DNA of 64,000 nt from contig CM119268.1 in NCBI GenBank assembly GCA_051294375.1, forward strand, positions 17,947,562 to 18,011,561. Direction: 5' to 3'. Both the position numbers and the translations under genes were made by a program. This document shows, one piece after another, positions 40,401 to 53,685 of the stretch. This DNA is from Paraspadella gotoi (lineage: Eukaryota > Animalia > Chaetognatha). Every line of letters begins with the position of its first letter. Position 1 is the stretch's first letter. Below the pieces are notes generated by a model. It ran no database searches. It had not been told where the DNA came from and was given only the letters and a program-made list of their open reading frames with translations.

Positions 40401-42668
40401 CGACTTATCGCCAGGATGAAATATTAATAATGAAACACATTATGAAAGCAGCATATGCATATTGGCATAAGCTAAATAACTAGAGGGGCCTTAGATGATG
40501 GGCTTTACGCGCTCCAGTATTACAACTTAATAGATTGACTCGAATTACTATCAAATTATAAAGATATTCGGGCTTTTCTAAGTCATTTTGTGATCAGTAT
40601 GAAACTATTTACTATATAATATTATCTGAAATGATGAGTTATCAGGCATTTTCAAAAAAGTAGGCTGGGGGAAAAAAATGCGGAAGGGATGGCAACCCGG
40701 AGCGCGACCGACCGACCCGACGCCGACCGACGGGGCTGACCGACGACCGACCTGACGACCGATCCGACGCAGACCAGACGCGACCCACCGTCGGGCGATC
40801 TGTCGATGAATTTCGCAGATCCGATTCCGCGCGGCCTAGATTCCGGACGCGACCGACTCGATGCCGTATTCCGCTTTATTCTTGATCCGATTGCCTGAAT
40901 CCGATCCTTGACCTTTTTTGAACTTTCTGATCGCGTTTATGCGGGCGACGGCGATTATTCTCTTGATTTTCGCTGAAAAATATAAAAGACTATAATAAGT
41001 AGGCTCTTCCGAGCTCAATTGGGCGCATTTCTTTGAAAAGTGCTGTTTTTTTTTCTTGTGGGGGGTCGCTAGTAATGCGCCATCCTTAGGCTCTTATTCA
41101 TTGTATGTGATCTATCTCTATATCGCGTGTCTTTTTTTCGAATTCTGGCTGACATTGTTATTATATTATTTTCTTCGAGAAGATTAAAAAACAGACTAAC
41201 TTGTGTTGTTGTTCGTAATGAAATCCTTGGTATAGTGCAATGAGTGAGTCTGCATGCGTTCTGGTGCTGCGAATATGTGTCAAGGGTAAGGAAATGAGGA
41301 AAGTGGGGTGAGTAAAAGGATCAGTTCAACAGTTTATTTTAAAGGAAGAAGCAAGACTGGTTGTTAAACCGTTGGCAAAATAGGCAATTGGAATGAATAA
41401 AATTATGTGTTGAGTGCAGGATGAGTTTGCGTTCTGAACGCGTCTTTGCAGGGCCTGAAGTATTTAAAAAGTTTGAGAAAGTATAATAAATGACTGGAAA
41501 ATGTAAGAATAGCTGTTGATAAAAAAAAGAAACGTGAGAATACTGTAAGAATACTAAGTGCTGTGGTGATAAAAGCTTGTCGCGCAATCTGACAATGATG
41601 CTTTTATCCAATCAAGGTCGAACAAGCCAACCCAGGCCTACTCGTTCTAAAATCACCCAAATATACGGGCGATACCTGATATTGCATGCTGTTCATATGA
41701 CTGTCATCTTGCACTTTCCTCACTTTTGGGCCACAAATCGTTGCTCGTGTGCCGATTTCTTGCAGGCCGCATACTGCGGCCTTCGGCCTTTTCCAATAGG
41801 CTCGGGGGCTAGATGTTGTTCGCAGGCCGACCGGGTTAGCAGAGGAAATCGTAGCACACGCGTGGCAGAAGTAGTCGGCTGGGTAGATTGACGAATGGGG
41901 AGAATGATGGCGAAGACAGTTGGTTGCAGGCTATGCAAATGGGGCTTTGGACCTGGCAATGAGAGGGNNNNNNNNNNNNNNNNNNNNNNNNNCTCTCTCT
42001 CTCTCTCTCTCGCTCGTAGTTTCTGGCAGAGGATTCACGTGTCTCAAGGAAAAAAATGTCCGAAAAATGTCGGGAAAATGTCCAAAAATGGCGACAACCG
42101 AAAGAAAATGATGAATTAAAGCGAAAGGGAAGATTTCGCTGTTGAGGTATTTTCTTTAGTGGAAGGGAAGACCAAAAGTAATAGAGTTAACAGTAGGAGT
42201 AAATAGCATTCGTAATAGTAGTAGTGATAGGAGTAGTAAAAGTAATGGTAATAAGAGGAGCAGAATTCCCAGTAGCAATGGGAGTAGTACAAGGAGCAGT
42301 TATTTTTTCATTTATTCTGCAGTAGTTTAAGGGGGAGTAAATGGTTGAAGTACTAATGCATAATATTCGTATTTATAGTAAGTTATATTCATAGTAGTAA
42401 GGGTAAATGTAGTTTTGGTTGTCATTATAGAAAAAAAAGTAATAACTCTAGTATCAGAATTCGGAAGTAATAGTTCAATACCCTTAAGATGGTTTGGAAA
42501 AACCGTGGTACAATGGCTAAAGCTAAAAAATGTAACGGGATAAAGCGAACTAAGTTGATGGACGAGAAAGGTGGGTGCATGTTCTCAGAGAAAAGGTGAG
42601 GTTGAGCGAGGGCGGAAGGCCAAGAGAAAGAAAAATGAAGGAAGATGATATCAAGACCTGACTCGGGA

Positions 42669-42787
<119 letters not shown>

Positions 42788-44658
42788 TATGTGTGTGAGA
42801 GTAAAAAAGAGAGAGAATTTAGAGAGCTTAATTCAAAGGGTGTCGATCTGGCTCCCAAAGTCTCTCAGGGAAAATGAGGAGAAAAATAGAAGGGAAGTTT
42901 GAAAAAAAAAGGAAAAAGCGAATGAAAAAGAGAAAAAAGGAGAAAAAGAAAAAAATAAAAAAAGGAAAAAAGGAAAAAAGGAAAAAAAGAAAGAAGGAAA
43001 AAGGAAATGTGAAAAAAAGGGGAAAAAGGAGGAAAAGGAATGAGCTGTCGACACATCGGTCATAAACGAAAAGGTCACAGGTCAAGGGCCGCTCGAAAAC
43101 CAACAGAAAAAAGTGCCATTTCCGAGTGGGGGAACATTTCTCTCTCTCTCTCNNNNNNNNNNNNNNNNNNNNNNNNNNNNNNNNNNNNNNNNNNNNNNNN
43201 NNNNNNNNNNNNNNNNNNNNNNNNNNNNNNNNNNNNNNNNNNNNNNNNNNNNNNNNNNNNNNNNNNNNNNNNNNNNNNNNNNNNNNNNNNNNNNNNNNNN
43301 NNNNNNNNNNNNNNNNNNNNNNNNNNNNNNNNNNNNNNNNNNNNNNTCCCTTACTTCTTCAGTTTCTATCTTTCTCCACTATTTGGTGTGTCTGCATGCG
43401 TTTGTGTGTGGTTAACTCCTACCACTCGCCATCTATCGGCAAAATAAGGAGAAAGCAAACGCGAAACAGATTTTTCCGTCTTTCAGATTTGTCGCCCGAT
43501 TTGCGTTGCGCCGCCTTGTTCATTTTCCTTCTCTTTGGCTTTCCTCCTTTTTCTTTTTTTTTTATTCTTTTTCTTTTTTCGTTGTAGGTTTTCTGTTCTT
43601 CTCTTTCTTTTTGCTTTATAACTTTTTAATTTCAATACTTTTCATGAAAATATTCTCTTCCTTTTTTTGCTTATGCCATAAAGCTTGACTCAGAGAAAAG
43701 AGTGCAATCATAAACTGCGACGATGGAATTTAAGCTACATAACAGGGAATAAATATTGCTCTCGTAGCAAAAAAAATATTTTAATAATAATAATCTACAA
43801 AACCGTTGCGGTTACAATTTCGGCATTAAAAAAAATATTGGACAGAAAACAGCATTAGTGAAAAGCGAACAGGTAATAGAAAATACAGCGAAGTCAATTA
43901 GTGAACAGATTGACGGTATTAGCGAACAAAGCAGATGGGCATTACCGTACAAGAAAGCGGCATGAGAGAACGGGGAGGTGGCATTACAGTAAAACAAGAC
44001 GGCATGAGAGAAGCCTTAAAAATGAACGGTAGAAGTAAACGTCGTGTTTGACCGGGAATATAAAAAAAGTGGCAATTTCCCTCTGTGGAGGAAAGAAAAG
44101 AGAGAAAAAGAGTGAGAGGAGAAGAGAGAGAGATAGAGAGAGAGAGAAGAGAGAGGAGAGAGAGAGAGATGAAGAGACGAGTAGAGTAGAAGAGAGAAAG
44201 AGAGAGAGGCACCTATTCGGTTGCGGGAATAGACGAGGAGACAGAGAGATTGAAAGAGATAAAATAAAGATGAGAGAGATAGTGTGATATTTTCTTGAAA
44301 CCCTTTGATTAGAATATATCGATAACAATTTTATATTTATAACATTTTTGTTGTCAAAGTGAGATATTAACGAATCTAGAAAGAAAACGAAGGAACAATT
44401 TAATTTCTTCTCTTTATCGTATCTCTTAAGAGAGAAGAGAGAGACAATAAATACTGGAATCTCCGATATAGACGATAAGAAAAAAGAGAATAGAGAAGTG
44501 AGAGAGAGAGAAGAGAGAGAGAGAGCAGTAGAGACGAGAGAGACGAGAGAGAGAGAGAAAGAGAGAGAGAGAGAAGAGACGGGAGAGGAGAGAGAGAGAG
44601 AGCGAGAGAGATGAGAGAGATGAGAGAAAAGAGAGAGAAAGAAGGAAAAAAGAAAGGA

Positions 44659-44698
<40 letters not shown>

Positions 44699-44789
44699 AA
44701 AGACAGACAGACAGACAGACAGACAGACGGAAGAGGCAGTCTGTCGCGGTAAGAGGTTGAATTATCTCGCCCGCTTTTTTCTTTTATTT

Positions 44790-45010
44790 CTGGCGCGCGC
44801 CCCATAATGGAAGCGGCTTCTATAAAAACGGTAGCTCTCCTATAAAATGTGGCTTCCGCCCACAAATCAAAAATAATCACTCCGAATAAAAGTCATTGGT
44901 GTCGCGCGGCTGCCGCCTCCCGCAGCATCTGCCGCTGCCGCAGCCTCTGCCGCCGCCGCAGCCTCTGCCGCCGTCTCCACCTCGGCAGCTTTTATTTTCG
45001 CGACAGTGAG
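44790..45010 (+). promoter_or_regulatory. Candidate TATA promoter plus first exon
   Basis: TATAAAA at 44821 and 44841, Inr-like TCACTC/TCATT at ~44877/44893, a GC-rich (GCC)-type leader, and donor GAG|gtgggt at 45011. Confidence 0.35.
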
Positions 45011-46639
45011 GTGGGTCGGTTTTTTTGAGGTGGACGAGTAAAGAAATAAAGAGAAATGAAATAAGTCGAGTCGGGTAAGTACACTGGGCCCAGATTGTAT
45101 ATGTTTGGGTAAGCGATCCCAAGGAATGAGGACAGGAATGATTAAGAAGCTGCAGTTAGAATAAAGAAACTTACTTTTTTGGTAAAATAGTTTATAAATT
45201 GACGAAAAATANNNNNNNNNNTGATTAAGAAGCTGTAGTTAGAATAAAGAAACTTACTTTTTGGGTAAAATAGTTTATAAATTGACGAAAAATAAAGTTT
45301 TGTCTTATTTCTATGAAAATATAGAAATGATCTCGTAGCTTAAATTTCCTTCACGTTAACGTCTTAATTCTGTTTTGATTTGGTTTATTTTGTTGCTGAT
45401 ATATGCTACTGTATCATTATTGATATGAAATAAAATTCTCATAAATTGAGAAATGGAGGCGGCATCGGTGAAACTGAGAATGTTTTCTTGGTATTTTTCT
45501 CAGTCTTTGTACTTTAACTAAACTCATGTTAGAAACATGATGGACAAAGATTGAGTGAAGTTGGGAGTTGTAATTGTGACGGATGGATATAGTGATACTG
45601 GTAAGGAGTTTCACATCGTTTTGGATGGGGATGAGGTAAGACGTGGGAGCGAGAGGGTTTGTTGTCGCCGTGAAAGATTTATGGAACGAATGCATTTTGA
45701 AAAAAACAATTCCAAATTGTTGGAATTCAGGTGATTCAACCATCGGAGTTAATCCCTTGTTCAAAATTTCATCACAAACTAGATTACGTACTTCTTTATT
45801 TCAAAGAAAAAAATGTTTGCGAGGAACTTGTCAGTAAGATTTAAAAAGAAAAATCTCAACTAAAGAAAAAAAAACACAAATCGTTAAAATGTTGTTTCTG
45901 AACGAGTTTATTTTCTTCTTTGTCGTCGTTTTTGTCGTCGTCGCTTATTTTGCCGTCGTATATATCGTCGTTGGCCCTTCGTTTTTTTTATTTTATCATC
46001 CATTGTTTTTGTTTCTTTTTTTTATTTTCCTTTTTTGATATTTTTACGGGTCTTAATTATTTTCTGTTCGACGGCGACGAGGGAATCGAAACGTCGGAAA
46101 AAATTTGCATTAATTCGAAAGAAATAAAAAAAATGGAAATAAGAGAAAAAAAAATAAATAAAAAAACAAACAAAAAACACGGAGTCTGTTCTTCGATTCT
46201 GCTTTAATTACTCGCGCCCTCTGTCCATTCATTCGTACGGCCACGCAGAAGCAGCAGCGGCAACAGAGGCAGCAGCCGACGAACGCCCGGTCAAGTTCAA
46301 AGAGACGATCTCGCGCCCACGCAGTTGCAGCGAAATTTGAGTAAGTTCGTGAGAAACTAGACAAGCTTCTTCTAATTTCGTTCTGACTAAATTCTTACTG
46401 TTAAGTCGTCTTGACCACTCCAACTTAAGGACCTCTTTGTCAGTCTCTCATTTACCATCGATGTTCGATCCCTTTCCACATCTTTCCGACAATGTCAACC
46501 GCGATGACCGACAGTTTCGGCCAAGCTGTCCGACAGTGTCGGCCCTGCTTACCGACTGGTTCGGCCTGGCCGACCGACACTTTCCAACTCGCTGCCCGAC
46601 GCGTCACGAATCTGGAAAGAATTAATAAATTATGAGAGG

Positions 46640-47120
46640 TGAAGAGGAACAAGGGATGAACGACGAACGAACAAGGGTAGAACGAGAAATGAACAAGGGA
46701 TGAACAAAGGATAAACAAGGAAAGAATTAGGTTGGGTTAGGGATGAACAAGTGATGAACGACGAACTAACAAGAGAAGAACGAGAATGAACAAGGGATGA
46801 ACAAAGGATGAACAAGGAAAGAATTAGGTTGAGTTATGGATGAACGAGTGATGAACGACGAACTAACAAGAGAGGAACGAGGGATAAACGAGGGATGAAC
46901 AAAGGATGAACAAGGAAAGAATGAGGTTGGGTTAGGGATGAACGAGGGATGAACGACGAACGAACAAGGGTAGAACGAGCGATGAACGAGGGAAGAACGA
47001 AGGGCGAATGAGGAAAGAATGAGGAAAGAATGAGGTTGTGCTAGGGATGACGAGGGATGAACGACGAACGAACAAGAGAAGAACGAGGGATGAACGAGGG
47101 ATGAACGAGTGATGAACGAG
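46640..47120 (+). repeat. Higher-order minisatellite: ~98-bp unit built from 11-bp GGGATGAACGA subunits, ~5 copies
   Basis: Marker GAAT(T/G)AGGTTG at 46724, 46821, 46919 and 47028, giving periods 97, 98 and 109 (=98+11). Confidence 0.9.
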
Positions 47121-47567
47121 AGACGTAAGATAAGATGAGCGAAAGATTGACTCGTATCAAAGACAAGAGGAGAATTGATGTAGAGAAAGAAAGAGATACA
47201 GTCTCAGAAAGGGTTTGAAGAAGAATGATTATAAATAACTTAATTGATGTTTGCCTTTTTTTTCACCGTCATTCACCTTAATCAGTGACCCTCCCGTCTT
47301 ATAATTTACCGCTATCCTCTTGACTATTGATCCGTCCGCCTTACCATTGATCGCTATCCGCATGACCTGTGACTAGTGACCCGTTCGCCCTTCCATCGAA
47401 CGCTATCCTCATGACCAGTGACCGACCCTTTACTCTCCCTCAAGTGATAATCCGACTCATCGATGCTCCTCCTCCTCCTCCTCCTCCTCCTCCTCCTTTT
47501 CTTCTTCTCCTTCTTTCTTCTTAATTTAGATTCTTATCTTTTCTTAGTCGAAATCGACGATTGCTTA

Positions 47568-47673
47568 CGATGATTGATGATCATGATATGATGATTGATG
47601 ATGATGATGATGATGATGATGATTGATTAATGATTTGATGATATTTTTTATGATGATGATAAAATGATGATGA

Positions 47674-47733
<60 letters not shown>

Positions 47734-47735
47734 TT
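47568..47735. repeat. (GAT)n microsatellite
   Basis: Directly visible; source of the poly-M/I/H ORFs. Confidence 0.95.
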
Positions 47736-49200
47736 GCTTATGACGAAAACCAAAAGATCACGTGAAGTTAACGACGGTAATAAAAACTTTGTATCACTGA
47801 TATTTAGCAACAATGACGTCGAAAACCAAAAACTGTATTTTTATCTCAGCTTCATTGAGAGATGACAGTTTCGATACATCAGTAAAACATGTCTTAGATC
47901 TACGCAGAAAAAATGACTATGACGCCAAATAACGAAGTCAAAAGCTATGACAAAAAGCACTGATGATTTCGGCGACAAAAAAAGAACAAAAAAAAAGAAG
48001 GGACGAAAATGAGGACGAAAACGTTTCGACTTAATTTCGTCTCTCGAAGACGCGTCAAATGTGCCGCCTTAAAGGGGATGTTAAAAAGGGGATGAGGGTG
48101 GGAAAGGAAAGTGGGGGACTGAGGGGTGGCTGTAATTCTTAAAGACTTATTTGAAATATAACTAAATAAGAGGTTTAAGTATAAGAAAAGACTAAAACAC
48201 TAGAAACTAAAAAGCGGGTTGAATGGGTTAATCATTTTACGATCGTCCCCTTAACCGTTTGAGGGGGCGACCAAAAAAAAGGGAAGCCGAGAATTAACGT
48301 TTGATGAGTCTTAAGGGGAAAACATGTTAGGGAAACCTTAAAGACCGAGAGAAGAGGGGGAAAGTCTCTGGAGATATTGAGTGAGGAGGAAAGTGTTAAG
48401 AGGGAAGAAGGAGAATCCGGTTTAGGGGATTATGAGGATGAGAGGAGAGAGAGAGAGAGATTGAAGGAAGAGAGAGACGAGAGAATGATGATGAGAGAGA
48501 GAGAGATGAGAGAGAGAGCATGGAGAGGAGGGACTTAAAAAGTTAAAAAATTAAAAAATAAAAATGAAAAGAAAAGAAGAAATCAAACAACAAGGTCAAA
48601 ATATTTGTATGGAAACCAAAAAAAAAAAAAAAAAAAAAAAAGGAAAACGTAAGTGAACAGAGAAGAGGGCAAGTAAAAAAATGAACCTCGGATAAATGAT
48701 CTCGACGATATGATCATTTTATTAAAATGAAAGCGAGGAGAAAATAAGAAGAAGAAAAAGAAAGAAAGATAGAAAAATCAAAACAGCAGGAAAAAGAAAA
48801 AAAAATGACAAATGATAAAAATAAAAAAAGAAAGACAGACAGAATAAAAGATAATTAAAATTAGCGACGGAGTTACCAAGTTAATTTAAGAAAAAATGAA
48901 ATAAATTTTTATATTTAGAATATTGTTAAACAATACTACGAGGACTCAAACTTCAAAAAAAAAAAAAGAAAAAACGTTTTCAAGACGAAAAATTGTGAGT
49001 CCTTCGCTCCATTGGTCGATGACCATCGGACCGTCAAAAGGGACAGACGGACAAACGGACGAAACGGACGTTGACCGTATTTTGTTGTGGCTCCTCACTG
49101 TTTTGACTCTGGTCGAGGATGACAACGACAACGACAACGACAACAACAACAACAAACGTCATAGACCTGTGATTATTTCCAATTCGTCTCTGCTCGTCTC

Positions 49201-49251
<51 letters not shown>

Positions 49252-49656
49252 ACATTTAAACGTTTCGCTATTATTCACCTATTTTTTTAAGGTGAATGTA
49301 TTATTGTCGTTATTCCGCTCTCTTTTGTTAATTTCTTTAAATACTTTTTCTTTCCTATCATTTCCTGGTCCTAATAATAATCAGAGAACCGAAAATCATT
49401 TAATTCTCGGGAAGTTAGATATTTGTTCGTCAACAATGAAGCCGACAATGATCCTTTTCGTTTTATGTCTATCTGTCAATACTTACTGAGGAGCAATTTG
49501 TCTGAGGTGACACTATCTACCCTTCCCTCTTCTTCCGTGGCTTTTTTTTTTCATTTACGGGACTTACGATTTTTTTTCACTTTTCTCTTTCAAAGTTTCT
49601 TTTTACTTTTATTTTTTATTTCTTTTCTTGACTTGATAAGATGAAAGAGGAGAAAA

Positions 49657-49747
<91 letters not shown>

Positions 49748-49916
49748 CTTTATGAATAAAGGCGTAAAGGTCGATGGGGTCGGGATTGGCAAGGTGGCTT
49801 TAAAAAAAAGAGACTGAGGTAAATTGAGGTAAAAACGGCGGCGAAAACGTCGAGGCAGATTTTTTATGAGGCGGACGAAAAGAAAAGAGAGGAAAGGAGA
49901 GAAGGAGGAAAGGGGT

Positions 49917-52540
49917 GCACTATTGAAGCCATAGTATAGCGTGACGCAGAAATTCAAACCGCACCACGACCATCCTAATGAAAAGGTTGGCACAGACTTT
50001 CATACAGCCTCGCTTACCCACCTGTAAACCACATACACTATGAAAAAGCCATCAGTAAGGTGGACAGCAGAAAATTTCATTACAGCCTCGCTACCCACCT
50101 GTAACCACCTACACTATGAGGCCATTAGTAAGGTGGGACAGCAGAAAATTTCATACAGCCCTCGTACCCCCTGTAACCACTACACTATGAAGCCCCAACT
50201 AGTAAGGGGACAGCAGAGAAAATTTTCATACAGCCTCGCTACCCACCTGTAACCACTTACACTATGAAGCCATATAGTAAGGTGGACAGCAGAAAATTTC
50301 ATAACAGCCTCGCTACCCACTGTAACCACTACACTATGAAAGCCATAGTAAGGTGGACAGCCAGAAAATTTCATTTACAGCCTCGCTACCCACCTGTAAC
50401 CACTACATATTGAAGCCATAGTTAAGGTGGACAGCAGAAATTTCATACAGCCTCGCTACCCACCTGTAACCACTACACTATGAAAGCCATAGTAGGTGGA
50501 CAGGCAGAAAATTTCTTACCGCCTCGCTACCCACCTTGCTAACCACTCACACTATGAAGCCATAGTAAGGTGGACAGCAGAAAATTTTCATACAGCCTCG
50601 CTAACCCACCTGTAACCACTACACTATGGAAGCCATAGTAAGGTGGACAGGCAGAAAGATTTCATTACAGCCTCGCTACCCACCTGTTAACCCACTACAC
50701 TATGAAAGCCATAGTAAGGGTGGACACAGCAGAAAAATTTCATACAGCTCGCTACCCACCTGTAACCACTACACTATGAAAAGCCATAGTAAGGTGGGAC
50801 AGCAGAAAAAATTCATTACAGCCTCTGCTACCCACCTGTAAACCATCTACACTATGAAGCCATAGTTAAGGGGTGCGACAAGCAGTAAAATTTCATACGT
50901 CCACCTCGCTACCCACCTGTTAACCACTACACTATGAAGCCATAGTAAGGTTGGACAGCAGAAAATTTCATTTACAGCCTCCGCTATCCCACCTAGTATA
51001 CCACATACACTATTGAAGCCATGTTGTAAGGTGTGGGGGACCAGCAGGAAATTTCATACAGCCCTCGCTACCCCACTGTAAACCAACCTACACTATGAAA
51101 CCATAGTAAGGTGGACAGCGATAAATTTCATTACAGGCCTCGCTTACCCACCTGTAACCCACTACCACTATGAAGCCATCAGTTAAGCGTGGAAACAGCA
51201 GAAATTTCATAACAAGACCTCGCTACCCACCTGTAAACCACTACACTATGAAAGCCATAGTAAGGTGGACAGCAAAAAATTTCATTACCGACCACGTACA
51301 CCATCAGCTAAGGTAACAATCACAGCCTGTCCCTGTAAACACTACACTATTGAAGCCATAGTTAAGGTGACAGCAGAAAAATTTTCATACAGCCTCGCTA
51401 CCCACTCTAACCACTACACTTATGAAGCCATAGTTAAGGGTGGACAGCAGAAATTTCAATACCGCCTCGCTACCCACTGTAACCATTACACTTTAGAAGC
51501 CATAGTAAAGGTGCGACAGCAGGAAAATTTCATACGCCTCCGCTACCCACCTGTAACCACTACACTTATGAAAGCCTTATAAGGTGACCGACAGCAGGAA
51601 AATTCATACAGCCTCCCCACCTACCCTTGTAACCACTTACACTATGAAAGCCATTAGTAAGGTGGACAGCAAAGAAAATTTTCATTACAGCCTCGCTACC
51701 CACCTGTAAACCACTACACTATTTGAAGCCATAGTTAAGGTGGACAGCAGAAAAAATTCATTACAGTCCCTCCGCTACCCCACCTTGTAACCACTACACT
51801 ATGAAGCCATAGTAAGGTGGACAGCAGAAAATTTCATTACATGCCTCGCTACCCCACTTTCTGTTAAAAACCACCTCACACTATGAAGCCATTAGTTAAG
51901 CGTGGACAGGCAGAAAAATTTCATGTAACAGCCTCGCTACCCACCTGTAACCACTTACACTATGAAGCCATAGAGAAGGGGTGGACAGCAAGAAAATTTC
52001 CAGTACAGTCCTCGACTACTCCCAACCTGTAACCACCACTCATCATGAAGCCATAGTAAGGTGGAACAGTCTCTCTTCGGAGAAAATTTTCATAACAGCC
52101 TCGCTTACCCACCGTAACCACTACACTATGAAGCCATAGTAAGGTTGCGGACAGCAGAAACATTTTCATAATACAGCCTCGCTACCCACGTAACCACACA
52201 CTAGAAGCCATAGAAGTGGACAGCAGAAAATTTCATACATGCCTCGCTACCCACCTGTATAACCACTACACTATTGAAGCCATAGTAAGGTGGACAGCAG
52301 GAAAATTTCATACAGCCTCGCTACCCACCTGTAACCACTACACTATTGAAAGCCATATAGTAAGGGGACAGCAGAAAATTTTCATTACAGCCTCGCCTTA
52401 ACCCACCTGTAACCACTACCACTATTTTGAAGCCATGTAAGGTGTGGACAAGTCAAGAAAAAATTTCCATAACAGCCTTCGCTACCCACACTGACCCAAA
52501 ACCCACTATGAACGCCATAGTAAGGTGGACCAGCAGAATT
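49917..52540. repeat. Tandem satellite, ~70-bp unit CATAGTAAGGTGGACAGCAGAAAATTTCATACAGCCTCGCTACCCACCTGTAACCACTACACTATGAAGC, ~36 copies
   Basis: Unit read from the cleanest copies (e.g. ~50416-50490 and 52281-52352). Copies differ mostly by random indels. Confidence 0.97.
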
Positions 52541-53419
52541 CCGCGCTATTTTCGTAATGCCATTTAAGCCACCAACCCAACCCACCTCCAATAATTTGTT
52601 TGATTTTTATCTATAGCCAAAAAAGCTTATCCTTGGCAACTACGTGAGCAAAAGAGTAAGGCAGTATACCTACTTCATTTTTGCTTTGAAGTATCTTCAA
52701 ATTCTATTTATGGTTTAATGTAGAATGCATATCTAATTAATTATGTATCTACTTTAACATGTTATATCGTTCCTAAGATGTTTTTTTATTCTTCATTTTC
52801 TTAAAAAATAATACTAAATATGCAAAATTTAGAGTTATAAATACTCAAAGTGTTTTTAAATAATGCCAAAATACAGTCAGAGAAAATTTTTTATTTACAA
52901 ACGTTAAAAATTATTTCAAGAAAGGATAATTACTAAAAAAATTGGTAAAAATTTCCAATGTAAACAATTGTAACATTTTTTTCCTTTTCTTTTATTTCTT
53001 TAAATTATATATAAATTTTTCTTTCTTATTTTTTGTCAGTTGCTGCCTTTTTCAAAAACCCTTTAAAAAACAAGTTCAGCTCTGCAGTGACTGTTCAGCT
53101 GCCTTCCAGCGGCTTGTCCAGCTTATCTCTGTCTACTGCTTGTCTTTACTCTTTTCTGTCTCTCTCTCTACTCTGTACGATCTCTTGCGTTGATCGTTTT
53201 TTTTAAAAAAAATTGAATGATTTTTTTTTCCTTTTTAAAAACTTTTATTATCGCCATTATTTTCGCGATTTTACTTCTCAATTGCAAAATCCAAATTCAC
53301 ATCCGAGATTTCGGCGATTTATATTCACTTTCTTCTCTCTCTCTCTTTCAATCTCTCTCTCTCTTTCCTCCTATCTTTCACTCAAACACGCATTTGCTTG
53401 TTTTATTATGATGATTGAT

Positions 53420-53685
53420 TCATGAGTCAATGAATGACTTATCAATCGCATCCAATGAATGAACTATCATCTTATCAATGAATGATTATCATCCACATTC
53501 AATGAATGACTATCATTGCATTCAACCATTTGGTTTATTATCCACATCAATCATTTGGTAATCATTTTAAAATCGCATTCATTATAGGTATCATCTGCCA
53601 TCAATTATGGTTTATTCATCGCATCAATATTCGGTTATTCATCGCATCAATTCATTTGGTTTATCATCGCCACCAATTATTTGCG
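53420..53685. repeat. Degenerate ~24-bp minisatellite (tcatcgcatcaat..ggttta)
   Basis: Recurrent tcgcatcaa / tttggtttat motifs. Confidence 0.6.

Noticed and set aside
45140-45295. ~70-bp tandem duplication
   Set aside because: The copies directly flank a 10-N gap, consistent with a contig-overlap artefact.
49917-52540. CRISPR-like array or tandem tRNA genes
   Set aside because: The whole unit repeats with no unique spacers, there are no cas genes and the context is eukaryotic. There is no B-box, anticodon arm or cloverleaf.
50040-52591. ORFs within the 70-bp satellite
   Set aside because: The unit length is not a multiple of 3, and the frames arise from indel noise.
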